A DNA stretch of 64,000 nt. Source: Rhodobacterales bacterium (GTDB taxonomy: Bacteria > Pseudomonadota > Alphaproteobacteria > Rhodobacterales > Rhodobacteraceae). A program made the position numbers and the translations under genes. Shown one piece after another: positions 1 through 7,947 of this stretch. Every line of letters starts with the position of its first letter. Within the stretch, counting starts at the first letter, position 1. The DNA lies in NCBI GenBank assembly GCA_038260405.1, contig JBBSNW010000004.1, forward strand, positions 32,133-96,132, given 5' to 3'. The notes under the pieces are model-generated. The model did not search any database, was not told the origin of the DNA, and was given only the letters and a program-made list of their open reading frames with translations.

Positions 1-993
1 CTCAACCCGGTCTGCTCCGGCCCCTTCAAGTTCGTCGAGCGGGTGCAGCAGGACCGCATCGTGCTCGAGAAATTCGCCGAATACTGGAATGCCGACGCGA
101 TCGATTTCGACGGCGTCGTCTTCCTGCCGATCCCGGACACCACGGTACGTCTGGCGAATCTGCGCTCGGGTGACCTCGACATGATCGAACGTCTGGCCGC
201 CACCGATGTGGCCTCGGTCGAGGAGGATTCATCGCTGCAGATCGAGCAGGCCGTCTCGCTCGGTTATCAGGGCATCACCGTGAACGTCGGCAATGGCGAC
301 CGCGCCGCGTCCCCCATCGGCGAGAATTCTGCCGTGCGCCGCGCCTTGTCGCTCGCCATCGACCGCACGGTGATCAATCAGGTCGTCTTCGAGGGCGCCT
401 TTGCCGCCGGTAACCAGCCCTTCCCGCCAAGCTCGCCCTGGTACAACGAGGACTTCCCCGTCCCGGCGCGCGATGTCGAAGCCGCCCGGGCGCTGCTGGA
501 AGAGGCGGGCTATCCCGACGGTATAACGATCGAGATCCAGGTCCCGAACAACCCTGTGCAGATGCAGCTGATGCAGGTCGTGCAGGCGATGGCCGCCGAA
601 GCCGGGATCACCATCGAACTGCAGGCCAAGGAATTCGCCACGCAGCTGTCGGACCAGACGGCCGGTGCCTACACGGCCAGCCAGGTCGGCTGGTCCGGGC
701 GGGTCGACCCCGACGGCAACATCCATCAGTTCATGACCACCGATGGCGGCATCAACGACTCGCACTACTCGAATGCCGAGGTGGACGAGCTGCTCAACAG
801 CGCCCGCGAATCCAATGACATGGAGACCCGCAAGGAAAGCTACGACGCCGCGATCGCCATCCTGCAGGAGGACATGCCGATCATCTACCTCTACCACCCA
901 GTCTGGATCTGGGTGCTCGCCGACAAGGTGCAGGGCTTTGTCCCCTATCCCGACGGGATGATCCGGCTTGAAGGCGTGTCCTTCACCGAGTGA
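1..993 (+). CDS. ABC transporter substrate-binding protein, peptide/nickel (family 5, DppA/OppA-like); 5' end lies upstream of the window
   Basis: Frame 1 is open from nt 1 (LNPVCSGPFKFVERVQQDRIVLEKF...) to the TGA at 991-993. The sequence reads like the C-terminal two thirds of a DppA-type binding protein and is followed by DppB/DppC-like permease genes. Confidence 0.8.
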   Translation, partial: LNPVCSGPFKFVERVQQDRIVLEKFAEYWNADAIDFDGVVFLPIPDTTVRLANLRSGDLDMIERLAATDVASVEEDSSLQIEQAVSLGYQGITVNVGNGDRAASPIGENSAVRRALSLAIDRTVINQVVFEGAFAAGNQPFPPSSPWYNEDFPVPARDVEAARALLEEAGYPDGITIEIQVPNNPVQMQLMQVVQAMAAEAGITIELQAKEFATQLSDQTAGAYTASQVGWSGRVDPDGNIHQFMTTDGGINDSHYSNAEVDELLNSARESNDMETRKESYDAAIAILQEDMPIIYLYHPVWIWVLADKVQGFVPYPDGMIRLEGVSFTE

Positions 994-1050
994 GACCCAG
1001 CGCCCGGCGGCAGCGTTGCCGGGCCCGTTCCCCACACCGGAGACCCTCCC

Positions 1051-1995
1051 ATGCTGGCCTTTCTCGGACGCCGCATCCTGATCGCCATTCCGACGATCAT
1101 CCTGATCTCGATCTTCGTCTTCGGGATGCAGAAACTGCTGCCCGGCGATCCGGTTCTGGTGATGGCCGGAGAGGAGCGCGATCCCGAAGTCATTGAGTTC
1201 CTGCGCGAGAAATACCGCCTGAACGACCCGATCCCCGTGCAGTACCTGACCTGGATCGGCAATGCCCTGCAGGGCGATCTCGGGATCTCGCTGCGCACCC
1301 AGCAGCCGGTGCTCGAGCTCATCGGGGAGAAACTGCCCGTGACGATCCAGCTTGCCGTGATGGCGCTGATCATCGCGGTGTTCATCGGCATTCCCGCCGG
1401 GGTGCTGTCCGCCTACAAGAAGGGAACCTGGATCGACTGGCTGGCCAATCTCGTGGCGCTGTCGGGTCTGTCGATCCCAAATTTCTGGCTCGGGATCATG
1501 CTGATCCTGCTCGTATCGGTCAATCTCGGCTGGCTGCCCGCCTCCGGCTACCGGCCCCTCGCGGATGATCCGCTGCAATCCGTCCTGACGATGCTTATGC
1601 CCGCCTTCGTGCTTGGCACCGGGCTCGCCGCGACACTGATGCGGCACACGCGGTCCGCCATGCTGGGTGTGCTGCGCTCGGATTATGTGCGCACCGCGCG
1701 GGCAAAGGGGATGTCCGAACGCGTGGTGCTGGTGAAACATGCCCTGCGCAACGCTCTGGTGCCCATCGTCACCGTCACCACCCTCCTGTTCGGAGAGCTT
1801 CTGGCCGGCGCGGTTCTCACAGAGCAGATTTTCACCATTCCCGGCTTCGGCAAGCTGATCGTCGATGCCGTCTTCAACCGCGATTATGCCGTGGTGCAGG
1901 GCATCGTGCTCTGCACCGGGATCGCCTTCATCGCGCTCAACATCCTCGCCGACGCCGCCTACCGCGTCCTGAACCCGCGGATGAGCGATACATGA
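1051..1995 (+). CDS. ABC transporter permease, DppB/OppB-like
   Basis: 314 aa with multiple hydrophobic spans. It has the conserved permease loop YVRTARAKGMSERVVLVKHALRNAL. Its stop overlaps the next gene's start (ATGA at 1992-1995). Confidence 0.88.
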   Translation: MLAFLGRRILIAIPTIILISIFVFGMQKLLPGDPVLVMAGEERDPEVIEFLREKYRLNDPIPVQYLTWIGNALQGDLGISLRTQQPVLELIGEKLPVTIQLAVMALIIAVFIGIPAGVLSAYKKGTWIDWLANLVALSGLSIPNFWLGIMLILLVSVNLGWLPASGYRPLADDPLQSVLTMLMPAFVLGTGLAATLMRHTRSAMLGVLRSDYVRTARAKGMSERVVLVKHALRNALVPIVTVTTLLFGELLAGAVLTEQIFTIPGFGKLIVDAVFNRDYAVVQGIVLCTGIAFIALNILADAAYRVLNPRMSDT

Positions 1996-2864
1996 CCGCT
2001 CTTTCCGACCCCCGCAGCACGGTCGCACCGCGCGCGCCCAGCCGCTTCTGGCGCAAGATGCGCGCCAGCAAATCCGCCATTTTCGGCGCCATCCTCGTGG
2101 GCTTCTTCGTGGCCGTCGCGATCGCGGCCCCGATCCTGCCCGTGCCTGACCCGACCACGACCGACTGGGGCGCGGTGCGCAAGGCACCCTCGGCCGCGCA
2201 TCCCTTTGGCACCGACGAAATCGGACGCGATGTCCTCTCGCGCATGATCTGGGGCGCACAGGCCTCGCTGCTCGCCGGTGTCTTCTCGGTCCTGATCGCC
2301 GTGGCTCTGGGCGTACCGCTCGGCGTGCTCTCGGGATATCTGCGCGGCTGGACCGACGCGGTGATCTCGCGCTTTACCGAAGCCCTTCTCGCCGCGCCCT
2401 TCCTGATCCTCGCCATCGCGCTCGCGGCCTTCCTCGGCCCGAGCCTCTCCAATGCGATGATCGCGATCGGGCTCTCGGCCATGCCGCTCTTCATCCGCCT
2501 CGCCCGCGCCCAGACGATGAGCGTGATGACGGAGGATTATGTCGAAAGCGCCCGCGCCATCGGGCTGGGTCACGGCGCGCTGATCCGCAAATACGTCCTG
2601 CCCAACATCTTTCCGCCCATCCTCGTGCAGTCCACGCTCACCATCGCCACCGCGATCATCGCAGAGGCGTCGCTGTCCTTCCTCGGCCTCGGCCAGCAGC
2701 CACCCGCCCCAAGCTGGGGCTCGATGCTGAATGTCGCGAAGAACTTCCTCGAGCAGGCGCCCTGGATGGCGATGTGGCCGGGCATCGCGATCTTCCTCGT
2801 GGTACTGGGCTTCAACCTGCTGGGCGACGGTCTGCGCGATGCCCTCGACCCACGCGATCTGTGA
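1992..2864 (+). CDS. ABC transporter permease, DppC/OppC-like
   Basis: 290 aa. It has the N-terminal HPFGTDEIGRDVLSRMIWG motif typical of DppC/OppC and an EAA-type loop (ESARAIGLGHGALIRKYVLPN). It is translationally coupled to the preceding permease. Confidence 0.88.
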   Translation: MTALSDPRSTVAPRAPSRFWRKMRASKSAIFGAILVGFFVAVAIAAPILPVPDPTTTDWGAVRKAPSAAHPFGTDEIGRDVLSRMIWGAQASLLAGVFSVLIAVALGVPLGVLSGYLRGWTDAVISRFTEALLAAPFLILAIALAAFLGPSLSNAMIAIGLSAMPLFIRLARAQTMSVMTEDYVESARAIGLGHGALIRKYVLPNIFPPILVQSTLTIATAIIAEASLSFLGLGQQPPAPSWGSMLNVAKNFLEQAPWMAMWPGIAIFLVVLGFNLLGDGLRDALDPRDL

Positions 2865-2917
2865 GGCGTCGGGGACTACAGGCTTGCCATCGATCCGCAT
2901 CGGCGAAATTCCGAGGC

Positions 2918-2961
2918 GGGAAAAACAAAAAGACGGCCCCCGACGCACATCGGGGACCGTC
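2918..2961 (-). terminator. Rho-independent terminator read on the minus strand
   Basis: A 12-bp stem pairs gacggcccccga (2932-2943) with tcggggaccgtc (2950-2961), with one mismatch and a 6-nt loop. On the minus strand it is followed by TTTTTGTTTTTCCC (2918-2931). Confidence 0.75.
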
Positions 2962-3404
2962 CACTCTTTAAACGTCTCACTTGTTATTGGCTGAAGGGAG
3001 TCGCCGTGGCGCCAGCCAGACGCTGACATTGTGCGCGGCGAAAGATGTGTCATTCGAATATCGGTGGAACGTCTTCACGACATCCGCTTACAAGGAAGCA
3101 ATTCCCGATACGGTCTTATCGCATGGTTCGACCGAAGTGCTCGTTGCACCGTCGGTGGCGTACTGAGTGCACACCAACCGACATCCACTTTGCCGTTCGT
3201 TGCACAAGATCCACGATCGTCTCCCTGAACACTTACAACCTGAAATTCGCAGCGAGATCCGCTGCGACGCCGAACCAGGTTAACAATCGGCAATGTATAA
3301 CCACGAACGTCTCGTCCGAAAGTTTCAAAAAGATGAGAACTTTTTTCGAGTGAAACTTGTTTGTGTTCCTTTTCCGGTCCTGCCTGCCGCAACATGCTGC
3401 TTTT

Positions 3405-3833
3405 TCAGAAGTCGTCAGGATCGGAAACAGCGGCGTGAAATCCCTCTTCAAGCCGCCGTTCTGCCAGCGACATCCGAGTCTGGCGCGCCTTCAAGAGCTC
3501 CTCGCGGGACAGATCCGCCGTGACCTGAGCCCGCGCAAAAGCGGTCTGCGCCGTATTCAGGCTTTCCGCCTTGCGAACCTGAAGCATCGCCAGATCCTGG
3601 TTCAGACGCATGCGCCGCTCGGCGAGCCATCCCTGCCAGAGACCGTCGGCGCCCAGCATCCGCCGCGCATGCGCGTGATCGTCCTGCCGCAGGCTCTGGT
3701 GACGCAGCGTCTCGATCTCAGCCAATTCCTGACGCAGTCCCGTTTCCCGCTCCAGAATCGTCCGGTGACGGGCCAGCGCCTGCTCCTCCAGAATCGCCGT
3801 GATCTTCTGCAGATCCTCGAAATCCGTCGCCAT
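3405..3833 (-). CDS. Hypothetical coiled-coil protein, last gene of the flhA-fliR-flhB string
   Basis: 142 aa, charged, heptad-like, with no TM segment (…LRQELAEIETLRHQSLRQ…). Its ATG at 3833 overlaps the flhB stop (TGATG). Confidence 0.6.
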   Translation of the reverse strand: MATDFEDLQKITAILEEQALARHRTILERETGLRQELAEIETLRHQSLRQDDHAHARRMLGADGLWQGWLAERRMRLNQDLAMLQVRKAESLNTAQTAFARAQVTADLSREELLKARQTRMSLAERRLEEGFHAAVSDPDDF

Positions 3834-4921
3834 CAGCGCCCTCTTTCCTTCGCCCGCTTGCGCATCGCATCGGCGAACCGGATTGCTGCGGCGACGGGGC
3901 GATAATGTTCATGCGCTATCGACTGGCCGATCTCGACCGCCGCAAAGAGTGCGCGGGCCGTGGGCGGGTCGGAATGGATCGGAACCTTCGCCTCCTGTGC
4001 CGCTTCGCGGATCCGTGCGGCGACGTGATCGACCCCTTTGGCGACGCAGACCGGCACCTCACCCTTCGCGCGGCTCCATTTGAGCGCGACGGCATAGTGG
4101 GAAGGGTTCACGATGATCACATCCGCAGTGGGCACATCGCGCATCATCTGGTTCATCGCGATTTCCTGCGCCCTCTGGCGGCGCTGCTGCTTCATCGCGG
4201 GGTCGCCTTCGGATTCCTTGTATTCGTCGCGCATTTCCTTGTGCGACATGCGGTTCTTGCGCAGATGTTCGCTGTGCTGCCAGAAATAGTCGATCCCGCC
4301 GATGACCGTGGCGACGATCACCACGATCATCATCATCCTGATCGCAAGGCTCATGAGAATGAGCACGACGCTTTCCGGGCCACCCTGCAGGGAACCGGAA
4401 ATCGTTTCCATTTGCGCCGACAGGAAAAGGCCCAGAACCGCCGAATAGACCAGAAGCTTGGTGAAGCTCTTGGCGAATTCGAACAGGCCGCGGCGCCCGA
4501 ACTTGTTCTTCGCATTCTCGATCGGCGACAGGCGCGACCATTTCAGAGTCAGTTTCTCGGGGGCGAGCGCAAAGCCCTTCTGGGCGATCAGGACGGCGAC
4601 GACCAGCACACCCGGACCGATGAACCAGGGCAGAACCGGCGCGAGGCTGTGTGCAATAACCCCGCCGACCGCGGGCGTGCTGCCGTCGCTGAAAAAGGTT
4701 CTGGCCAGCAGATGGGGATGATCGACAAACGGCAGCAGGACATCGGCCAGCCCGAGAAGCGATCCCTGCCCCAGCGAGATCGCGATCAGCAGGACCCCTG
4801 CATAAGTGGCCGCCGTCAGCAGATCCGGAGAGCGCGCAATCTCACCCTTCTTGCGGGCGTCATCGAGTTTGCGCTGGGACGCTTCGTGGGACTTGTCGCT
4901 GTCGTCTTCACTGCCGGACAT
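3833..4921 (-). CDS. flhB: Flagellar type III export protein FlhB
   Basis: 362 aa. The N-terminus SHEASQRKLDDARKKGEIARSPDL is followed by four TM spans. The autocleavage-type site reads NPSH (VIIVNPSHYAVALKW, nt 4097-4108). The start overlaps the fliR stop by 1 nt. Confidence 0.95.
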   Translation of the reverse strand: MSGSEDDSDKSHEASQRKLDDARKKGEIARSPDLLTAATYAGVLLIAISLGQGSLLGLADVLLPFVDHPHLLARTFFSDGSTPAVGGVIAHSLAPVLPWFIGPGVLVVAVLIAQKGFALAPEKLTLKWSRLSPIENAKNKFGRRGLFEFAKSFTKLLVYSAVLGLFLSAQMETISGSLQGGPESVVLILMSLAIRMMMIVVIVATVIGGIDYFWQHSEHLRKNRMSHKEMRDEYKESEGDPAMKQQRRQRAQEIAMNQMMRDVPTADVIIVNPSHYAVALKWSRAKGEVPVCVAKGVDHVAARIREAAQEAKVPIHSDPPTARALFAAVEIGQSIAHEHYRPVAAAIRFADAMRKRAKERGR

Positions 4922-5682
4922 CAGGGCATTCCGAAGGGGTTGCTGAGGAAGCCGTCAAGCGCCGAGGTCCAGACCGTCAACAGGATCGGCGCCGTCGCGA
5001 AGAGCAGCGTGATCGCGCCGAGCGTAATCACCGGCGCGCCTACGAAGGAGACCATGAGTTGCGGCATCGCCTTGTTGATCACGCCGAGCATCAGGTTGTA
5101 GAGCATCGACAGGATAACGAAGGGCGCGGCGAGCGTGAAGGCCAGGCGGAAGGCCTGGGAGACATGTGCGCGGCCCCAATCCGCCAGCACGCCCGCATCC
5201 GGAAATGTCGCGAGCGGCATCGCGTCATAGGACATGATGAACAGCGCCGCCGCCTTTACGTGCAGGCCGGTCATCATCAGCAGCGCCAGCGCCGAGACGG
5301 TGAGCAACTGGCCGATGGCAGGCATCGGGTCCATGGAATTGTTCCCCGTCACCTGCGACAGCGAAGTCGCTTGCGCCGCGATGGCCCCAGCGGTCTGAAG
5401 CGCGAGAACGAACAGCCTCAGGGAGATCCCAAGCGCGAGCCCGGCGATCGTCTCGGTTGCAAAAATCCGGCCCAGCGCCGCGAAGCTGGGAGGCGGAGGC
5501 CGCAGCGACCCGGCGACCGCTGCTGTCACGACGAGTGTCATGGCCAGCGACAGGATCAGACGGATCCGCGTCGGGACCGATCTTTCACCCAGTGCCGGCA
5601 TCACCGCGAGCGCGGCCGCGACCCGGACAAATACGACAAATTGCATCCAGAGCTCCAGGTGGACGGACTGGATCAACTCCAT
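4921..5682 (-). CDS. fliR: Flagellar export apparatus protein FliR
   Basis: The ORF-track call 4921..5961 was trimmed to the internal ATG at 5682 (MELIQSVHLELWMQFVVFVRVAAALAVMPALGE...), which overlaps the flhA TGA (TGATG). 253 aa, polytopic. Confidence 0.9.
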   Translation of the reverse strand: MELIQSVHLELWMQFVVFVRVAAALAVMPALGERSVPTRIRLILSLAMTLVVTAAVAGSLRPPPPSFAALGRIFATETIAGLALGISLRLFVLALQTAGAIAAQATSLSQVTGNNSMDPMPAIGQLLTVSALALLMMTGLHVKAAALFIMSYDAMPLATFPDAGVLADWGRAHVSQAFRLAFTLAAPFVILSMLYNLMLGVINKAMPQLMVSFVGAPVITLGAITLLFATAPILLTVWTSALDGFLSNPFGMP

Positions 5683-7766
5683 CACGCTGCGACGACACCA
5701 ACAAGCGACGGGCGCGCCTCGATGCCGATCTCCTCGAAGGACAGAACCGGATTGCTGATCCCCTTTGCCGCAAGGACCGTGCGCAGAAAGCGCCGCCGCC
5801 TGCCCGAGGTCACCAGCGCCGGGAACACGCCACGCGCGGCTGCCTCGCCTACCTGCCTCGCGACGCCGCTCGTAAGCGTCTCGAAGGAATCGGGCGGCAG
5901 AGCGATATCCATGCCGCCGCGGTCCCCTTCGATCTGGTAGTGGGTGAACAACTCCTCCCATTCCGGAGCGAGCTGGATCAGCGGAATGGTCCCATCATTG
6001 CGCCGCATCCCGGCCACCAGCTGGAAGCCCAGCCTCTGACGCACATGTTCGCAGATCGCCTCGGGGCGGGCCTGCTGGCCGCGGGTCTCGGCGATCGCCT
6101 CGAGGATGAGCGGCAGATTACGGATCGACACCTGCTCGTCCAGAAGCAGACGCAGCACGGAATGCAGCACGTCGATCTGCACCTTGTCCGGGATCAGCTC
6201 GTCGATCAGCCTGCGGTTTGCCTCGGCTCTCGCGGTATTGGTCAGCGACACCATCTCGTCGAGGATCCGGCGCAGCGACCGCAGACTGAGCAGCCGGCCG
6301 AAGTTGCGCTTGATGACCTCGAGCAGATGGGTCGCCAGCACCTCCGTCGGGGTGACGATGGTTACGCCGGTGAGTGCCGCGCGCTCCTGATCCTCGGGTT
6401 TGATCCAGCGAGCCGGGGCGCCGTAGACCGGCTCGCTCACGTCGCGGCCCTCCGGCAGGCGGGTTTGGTCCTCGGGGACAAGAGCAAGCACCAGATCCGG
6501 ATTGAGCGAACCGCGCGCAAGTTCGACCCCCTGGATGCGCACGACATAAGTGCCGGTCGGCAGCGCCGCGGCATCCGTCAAACGGATCTCCGGCATGATG
6601 ATGCCGAAGCTCGACGCGATATGCGTGCGCATGTTGGAGATCCGCACGTCAAGACCTGTGCCCGGATCCAGCACCATGTTCACGAGGTCAGGTGCGAATT
6701 CGACGTGGATATCGTCGAGATCCAGCACGTCACCGATGGGCTTCGGCAGCAGCGGAGCAGCATTGTCCACGACGTCCGGGGCCTCGAGCGCGCGGGCATT
6801 CTTGCGCGCCATGTAATAGGCGGCGCTGCCCAATACGCCTGATCCGGCGATGAATGGCAGGAAAGGCAGGCCCGGGACCAGCGCGAATAGCCCCATCAGC
6901 ACGGCGACCGTGCCGAGCGCAGCGGGATATCGCCCGAGTTGGGCCACCAGAGCAAGGTCTGTCGAACCGGTCGCTCCGCCTCGCGCCAGCAGCAGCGCAG
7001 TGGCAATCGAGATGATCACGGCCGGAATCTGCGTCACCAGCCCGTCGCCGACGGTCAGGATCGCATAGGTCTCGAACGCGTTGCCGATGTCCATCCCGTG
7101 CACGAACACCCCCATGATGATACCCATCACGAGGTTCAAAAGGGTGATCAGAAGGCCTGCGACAGCGTCGCCCTTGACGAATTTCGACGCGCCATCCAGC
7201 GAGCCGAAAAAGGTCGTTTCCTGCAATTCGCGTTCGCGGCGCGCCTTGGCCTCGGCATGGTCGATGGCACCGGCACTCATGTCGCTGTCGATGGCCAGCT
7301 GCTTGCCCGGCATTCCGTCAAGGGCGAACCGGGCGCCCACCTCCGCCATGCGCGCCGCACCCTTGGTTATGACGGTGAAGTTGACGATCATCAGCACGCC
7401 AAAGACCACGAGGCCCATGAAGACGCTGCCGTTCATCACGAAATTCGCAAAGCCCTGGATCACGTTTCCGGCCGCCTGAGTGCCCTCGTGTCCCTGTCCG
7501 ATGATCAGTTTCGTGGAGCTGACGTTGAGGGACAAGCGCAGCATCAGAGAGGCAAGCAGGATGGTCGGAAAGGCAGAGAAATCGAGCGGACGCTCGATGA
7601 AAAGCGTGACGGTGAAGATCAGGATCGCCAGCGCGAAAGAGGTTGCCAGCCCGACATCCAGGACCCAGGACGGGACAGGCAGGATCATCATCACGATGAC
7701 GGCCATGAGCGCCACCGCCAGCAGGACGGTGGGGCGGAACAGGGTCTCTTTCAAATCAAACGTCAT
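5682..7766 (-). CDS. flhA: Flagellar export apparatus protein FlhA
   Basis: 694 aa with an N-terminal TM domain, the conserved FlhA stretch FVKGDAVAGLLITLLNLVMGI, and a large cytoplasmic C-domain. Confidence 0.97.
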   Translation of the reverse strand: MTFDLKETLFRPTVLLAVALMAVIVMMILPVPSWVLDVGLATSFALAILIFTVTLFIERPLDFSAFPTILLASLMLRLSLNVSSTKLIIGQGHEGTQAAGNVIQGFANFVMNGSVFMGLVVFGVLMIVNFTVITKGAARMAEVGARFALDGMPGKQLAIDSDMSAGAIDHAEAKARRERELQETTFFGSLDGASKFVKGDAVAGLLITLLNLVMGIIMGVFVHGMDIGNAFETYAILTVGDGLVTQIPAVIISIATALLLARGGATGSTDLALVAQLGRYPAALGTVAVLMGLFALVPGLPFLPFIAGSGVLGSAAYYMARKNARALEAPDVVDNAAPLLPKPIGDVLDLDDIHVEFAPDLVNMVLDPGTGLDVRISNMRTHIASSFGIIMPEIRLTDAAALPTGTYVVRIQGVELARGSLNPDLVLALVPEDQTRLPEGRDVSEPVYGAPARWIKPEDQERAALTGVTIVTPTEVLATHLLEVIKRNFGRLLSLRSLRRILDEMVSLTNTARAEANRRLIDELIPDKVQIDVLHSVLRLLLDEQVSIRNLPLILEAIAETRGQQARPEAICEHVRQRLGFQLVAGMRRNDGTIPLIQLAPEWEELFTHYQIEGDRGGMDIALPPDSFETLTSGVARQVGEAAARGVFPALVTSGRRRRFLRTVLAAKGISNPVLSFEEIGIEARPSLVGVVAA

Positions 7767-7947
7767 GCTTCACCGAGGTCCACACCGGACACAGGTCCAG
7801 TGGCCGAAGGCGGCTCTGCTGAAACCTGATACCGGGACTGTAGAAGCCAAGTGAGACGCGTGTGACATTCTGCTTTAGCCTTGCATTCTGCATTTGGGAC
7901 AGCATTGGGCGGAACCCGTAATTTTTTCGATTGGATAGTTCATAATT

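Noticed and set aside
229-2259. 676-aa minus-strand ORF. Similar long antisense ORFs occur at 3905..5101, 5457..6842, 6939..7829, 24716..26860, 32617..33486, 34061..35131, 46418..47644, 48231..49904, 54576..55613 and 59228..61204.
   Set aside because: Each is opposite a gene with clear family features and has shadow-frame composition (R, G, H, P, A excess). None has an independent start context or motif.
3122-3140. GGTTCGA (tRNA T-loop-like) in the orphan spacer
   Set aside because: Flanking bases do not form a T-stem, and no acceptor, D or anticodon arms can be drawn. It is not a tRNA.
3075-3395. 106-aa minus-strand ORF (and 3045..3353 plus, 3233..3451 minus) as genes in the orphan spacer
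   Set aside because: These ORFs show no codon bias typical of this genome, mixed low-GC composition, no Shine-Dalgarno and no recognisable motif. They are treated as non-coding, and the region is flagged in the findings instead.
4097-4108. FlhB autocleavage motif reads NPSH instead of the canonical NPTH
   Set aside because: Thr to Ser is a conservative change, and the surrounding (V)NP.HYAVAL context is intact. It is most likely a functional variant and not noteworthy without comparative data.
7767-7947. Sigma-54 (TGGCAC-N5-TTGC) or CtrA-type promoter in the orf748-flhA spacer
   Set aside because: I could not find GG/GC dinucleotides at the required 10-nt spacing in a convincing context, nor any TTAA-N7-TTAA. 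The spacer probably holds a promoter, but I cannot support a specific call.
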